NCBI RefSeq assembly: GCF_020745735.1
Contig: NC_083427.1
Location: 2,945,438-3,009,437, forward strand
From: Hemiscyllium ocellatum
Taxonomy: Eukaryota
Direction: 5' to 3'
DNA: 64,000 nucleotides
Shown: piece after piece, positions 59,780 to 64,000 of the stretch
Position numbering within the stretch: the stretch's first letter is position 1
Layout of the letters: each line of letters starts with the position of its first letter
Position numbers and translations under genes: made by a program
Notes under the pieces: generated by a model
Database searches by the model: none
The model's input: the letters and a program-made list of their open reading frames with translations, nothing else
What the model was told of the DNA's origin: nothing

Positions 59780-60385
59780 AAGAAAATATAATAGCACTCT
59801 GTAACAACACTCAAGATCCTTGACACCATGGGAATAAATCAGCCTGCATGTTTAGCACCACATCTGCAAACATTCACTCTCCCTGTGCCCTGGTAAACAA
59901 TGCTTTGAAGAAATTCACCAAGCCAACACCTTCCAAATTCACTGTCTGTACCATGCAGAAGGACATTGGCAGCAGACACATGGAACACCACCACCTTCAA
60001 GCTCCCAAGGGCGGGATGGTGGCTCAGTGATTAGAGCACTGCTGCCTCTCAGCTCCAGGGAGACCCGGGTTCGATTCCAGCCTTGGGAGTGCTAGTCTAG
60101 CTAGTGCTGCCCATTTCTATTTAGAAGGACAAACACAGCAGATCCATGGGAACATCATTACCTGCAAGTTCCCCTCTAGCCACTCACGGTCCTGACTTGG
60201 AAATATATTGCTATTCCTTCACTGTCGCTGTGTCAGAATCCTGGAAATTCCCTCCTTGAGGGCATGGTTTGTCTAACTGCAGCAGTTCAATAAAATGAAG
60301 CGCCATCTCAAGGGCAACTAGAGATGGGCAATAAATGCTGGCCAGTCAGTGATGCCTACGTCCCACAAGTGAATGAAAAGAAATC
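59780..60385 (+). mobile_element. LINE 3' end interrupted by an HE1 SINE 5' fragment (60009-60087)
   Basis: Homologous to 9845-10130. SINE head gggcgggatggtggctcagtg...gggttcgattcc. Confidence 0.7.
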
Positions 60386-61304
60386 ATGGAAGCCTAAAGA
60401 CACAAGCTCAAGTTCTCTGTCATGTGATGCCACCATGCCCTATCACCTTTGCACATGAACATTAGAATTCAGAGAACGAACTCTGCTCAGCATTTCTCAT
60501 CATGACTGTTTGAATCATTAACGAGGAACTATTTGAATTTAATGAGCATTTAACTCTTTCCCCTCACATGCTGCCAGTTATCCCCTGCCACACACACATT
60601 TCCATTAATTGGGACACTGATCTTCAAAATTCCCGTGGAACACCTGAAAAATGTATGTCATTGCCTTAGAGGGTGAGCACTATTTATAAATAACATTTTT
60701 AAAAAAAGCCTGTATTTTTGATTATGACTGAAATTGGGAAAAGGACTGCTCATTAATGAAAAGAAGACGTGGAAAGGATTTCTGCACTTTTAAAAAGCAA
60801 GTTACCTGATATCCTCAATCAGTGGGAAAAGGCTACTTGCGGATGAGCTGATTGATCTGGGAATGGTGACCAGTTAGTTGATGACATAAACCTTTTTCCT
60901 GACAACAATGATGTGATTGGCTCCCAGGTAGCTGACCAGCTTATGGAAGTGATTGTTTTGGCCGAAAACATTGGACCTCTGAAAAGAAAGGCGCTGCCCT
61001 TTTCTCTGCAGTTAACAAACTACAATGAAGCCAGAAGAAAGCCATTTTACTTTCCCTCAGTTGCTACACGCTATTGCTGTTAATAAGTCTGAGACTTTAT
61101 AAACGTGAGCCAGTCATCACGTACCTCCTGCAAGCCAGTGAAAATACCTGGGGAAGAACGATCAAGGAGCAGCAGGGCCTGACAACCGAAGGAAACACCT
61201 CAGTGAACCCTGAAGTCAAGGATTATTGAACTGCTTTCCTCAGACTGTCCCTCTTGTCCATTATACTCCTGATTCTTTGTAAGTCGGTCTGTATGTGCAG
61301 GGTT

Positions 61305-61470
61305 AAAAAATCGCACAATACCAGGTTATAGTCCGACAGGTTTATTTGGAAGCGCTAGCTTTTGAGGCACTGCCTCTTCATCAGATGTCTCAAAGTCTAG
61401 TGCTTCCAAATAAGCCTGTTGTGTAATTTTAACTTTGTCCACCCCAGTCCAATACCGGCACCTCCAAATC
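61305..61470. mobile_element. Short fold-back Penelope terminus
   Basis: acaggtttatttggaagcgctag and ctagtgcttccaaataagcctgt are inverted. Antisense hammerhead has GAAA changed to AAAA. Confidence 0.75.
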
Positions 61471-63039
61471 ATATATGTGCAGGGGCAGCTTTATAAAGAG
61501 AGTAGTGCTTTAACTTGCAGATTATATGCTCGTAAGTGTTTACATGTAGCTGGAAACTGTTCATTTGTAATAAATAATGATCGTTAAGTACAAAAACCTG
61601 GTCTCTGCCTATGCTTTCTGCCAACTTGGTTGTAAACGTCTGGTAATTTAGGGAGTTTTGAAGCGCTTCTGTAAAAATGTTGTGATGGCTTGGGCAATAG
61701 CAGGACTTGATTTCCCACACATTCTCCCTGGGATGTGTAGTGCTATGCAGCTCCAAAGGACAGCTGCTTCGTGGGCAATATAGTAGTGAACACCAAACGA
61801 GGCAAAAAAAATGGAGAGGTAACCTTATGACATTCTACTGATGATATCTTGTCAGAGAGAAAGCAGCTGAACTGAAATCCTTGTTCCCCGGGTGCGTGGT
61901 GCATGTGTGCGTGTGCAAGTAGTGATGTCACAGTATCGTCACTGTATTGGTAATTCAGAACTCTAGGCTAATGGTCTGGGGAAATTGGTGAGTCCCACAA
62001 TGGCGGGTGTTGAATTTTTGAATTCAGCTTTTAACAAAATGTAGAATTAAAATCTGGCCTTGTGGTGACAGTGTAACCACTGTCCATTGTTGCAAAACCC
62101 ACCTGGTTCACTGATGTCCTGTAGGGAAGGATATCTACTGTCCTTATGTGGTCTGGCTCTGTCATCTGACTCTAGACCTGCAGCAAAGTGGCTGAGTCTC
62201 AACTGCTGTCTGGGCAATTAGGAATGAATAATAAATGCTGGAATAGTCAGCAATACTCATCTCATGAACGAACTTAAGAAAAAAAAACTGTGCTATAGAT
62301 ATTTAATGATCAATCTGTTCAGAGATGTTATAACACAGCTCAGAAGCAGGTGGGATTTGAACTCAGGCTTCCTGGCCCAGACGTTGGGTCACTTTCACAC
62401 AAGAGTCCCCGAATAAAGAAAGTGTGTTCGACAGCATCCTTACTAATGGAGTACTTCCTCAATATTGCTGTTTTCTGTTGATTTTTACACTTAAGTTCCG
62501 GAATGAGCCTTGAAATTGGAATTGTCAGAAACAAGGCACTACCCATTTAGCCACCACTCACTGTCATACATTTGGAGTGTATGTAATTCGAATTGTTCAG
62601 AGTTGTTTTAAATATCTTTGAAGCTGGTTAGACTTCATCTCAGGTTTCTTGACCCAAAGGTAGCGACACTATGACTGTACCACAATCTACGGTACATACT
62701 TTTGAATCAACAAAATTAAATGACACGACTTCCTGAGTATGTGGAACTTGAACCCAGATCTCCTTTCGCAGAGGTAGGGTCACTACCAACGTGCCATAAA
62801 AGTCTGAACCTTGTGGTGTCCTCTGAGAACAATGAGCACGCAATGGCACCTCTGCACAAGAACAGTGCTGAACCATTGACGTGCAATATTATTGTCAAGG
62901 AAGTAGACTTCTGGACCAGGATTTGCATTACACTGGTTGGGTGGAAAATTGTGTTACATTCCCACATATTTCTCAGCCCTTATTATTTCCAGAAGATCAT
63001 CCTCAATCTCCAGTGCTAGCTCTTTTAGTGTCAGGACAC

Positions 63040-64000
63040 CTATCCATTTATAACTCTGCCTCTTTGCCCTCATGTCTTTCTTCCCCTCCCACAACACCAA
63101 TAGGGTCCCACTGTTCCTCACTTTTGACCTCAGCAGCATCCACATCCAAACAATCATAAGCTGCCATTTCCACCACTTCCAATAGGGTGCCACCATCAGG
63201 CACATATTCTGCTCCCTTCCCCGACAGCCTTCTGCAGGGATTATTGCCTCCTGGACACCTTGGTCCACTCCTCCTCCACTCCCATTGCCTCTCACAACCC
63301 TATGGCACTTGCCATGTAATTGCGAAGGTCTAAGTCATGTCCATTTACTTCCTCCTTTCTCACTATCCAGGGCTCCAGCCCCACCTTTCAGGTGAAGCAG
63401 CAATTAACCTGTACTTTCCTCAGTCTGGTCTATTGTACTGCCTACTCACAATGTGGTCTCCTCTACATTGGGGAGATAGGATAACTGACTTGCAGAACAC
63501 CTATGTTCTGTCCACAACAAATAACCCCGAACCTTCCGGTTACCTGCCACTTGAACACACCACTTTGTTCCCTGGCTAACACCTCAGTCTGAGGCTTGCT
63601 GAAATACTCCGGAGAAGCTCAGTGCAAGCCGGAAGAACATCTCATTTTCCGGTTGGGGACCCCACTTCAGTTCAATAATTTAAAGGCCTGACCATCTTCC
63701 TGGAATCCCACAGACCAGGCCTCGTCATCACACGGACTGCCTACACAATTGACCCATTGTCAATTACTAATGGCCCCCATTAGCAGCTAATGATTCTCCT
63801 CGGCTGACCATTACCCATTCCTTTATACAAAAGGCAAAAGAACTGCAGTTGCTGTAAATCAGAAACAAAACCAGAAATTATTGGAAAAACTCAGTAGGTC
63901 AGGCAGCATATGTGGAGAGAAATCAGAGTTAACATTTCAGGTTGAAATGCTGAGGAATGTTCTGAGGAAGGGTCACTTGACCGGAGACATTAATTCTGAC
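63040..64000 (+). mobile_element. Decayed Penelope 3' region followed by a fold-back hammerhead element running off the window
   Basis: GIY-YIG remnant ctcctctacattgggag (LLYIG) at ~63460. Antisense arm at 63835-63945, then a degenerate sense core CTGAGGA at 63962. Confidence 0.7.

Overview
Repeat-dense cartilaginous-fish DNA, almost certainly a shark (inferred from HE1-type SINEs, SacSINE1/Deu-type SINEs, CR1 LINEs and the [14 protein letters not shown]-type zinc-finger family). The window is part of a tandem C2H2 zinc-finger gene cluster on the + strand. Gene 1 has a CpG-island promoter at ~11.2-12.0 kb, small upstream exons and a 9-finger ORF at 20.3-21.25 kb. Gene 2 is its recent duplicate (8 fingers, 35.0-35.7 kb). 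Gene 3 is a 676-aa ORF with 23 finger units (57.2-59.2 kb). A ~14-15 kb segmental duplication (14682-29887 vs 31929-45752) created gene 2 and appears to have placed it behind a promoter originally in front of gene 3. Notable points: (i) genes 1 and 2 have ACG in a strong Kozak context where the family normally has ATG; (ii) half of the amino-acid changes between the duplicates fall on DNA-contact residues; (iii) Penelope-like elements and short fold-back derivatives carry more than a dozen minimal hammerhead-ribozyme motifs, some with intact cores; (iv) two Penelope copies share the same inversion junction; (v) there is a 554-bp fold-back palindrome of CR1 sequence; (vi) the promoters share a ~60-bp palindrome-containing module. 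No CRISPR, rRNA or genuine tRNA gene was found. All alignments were done by eye and repeat boundaries are approximate.
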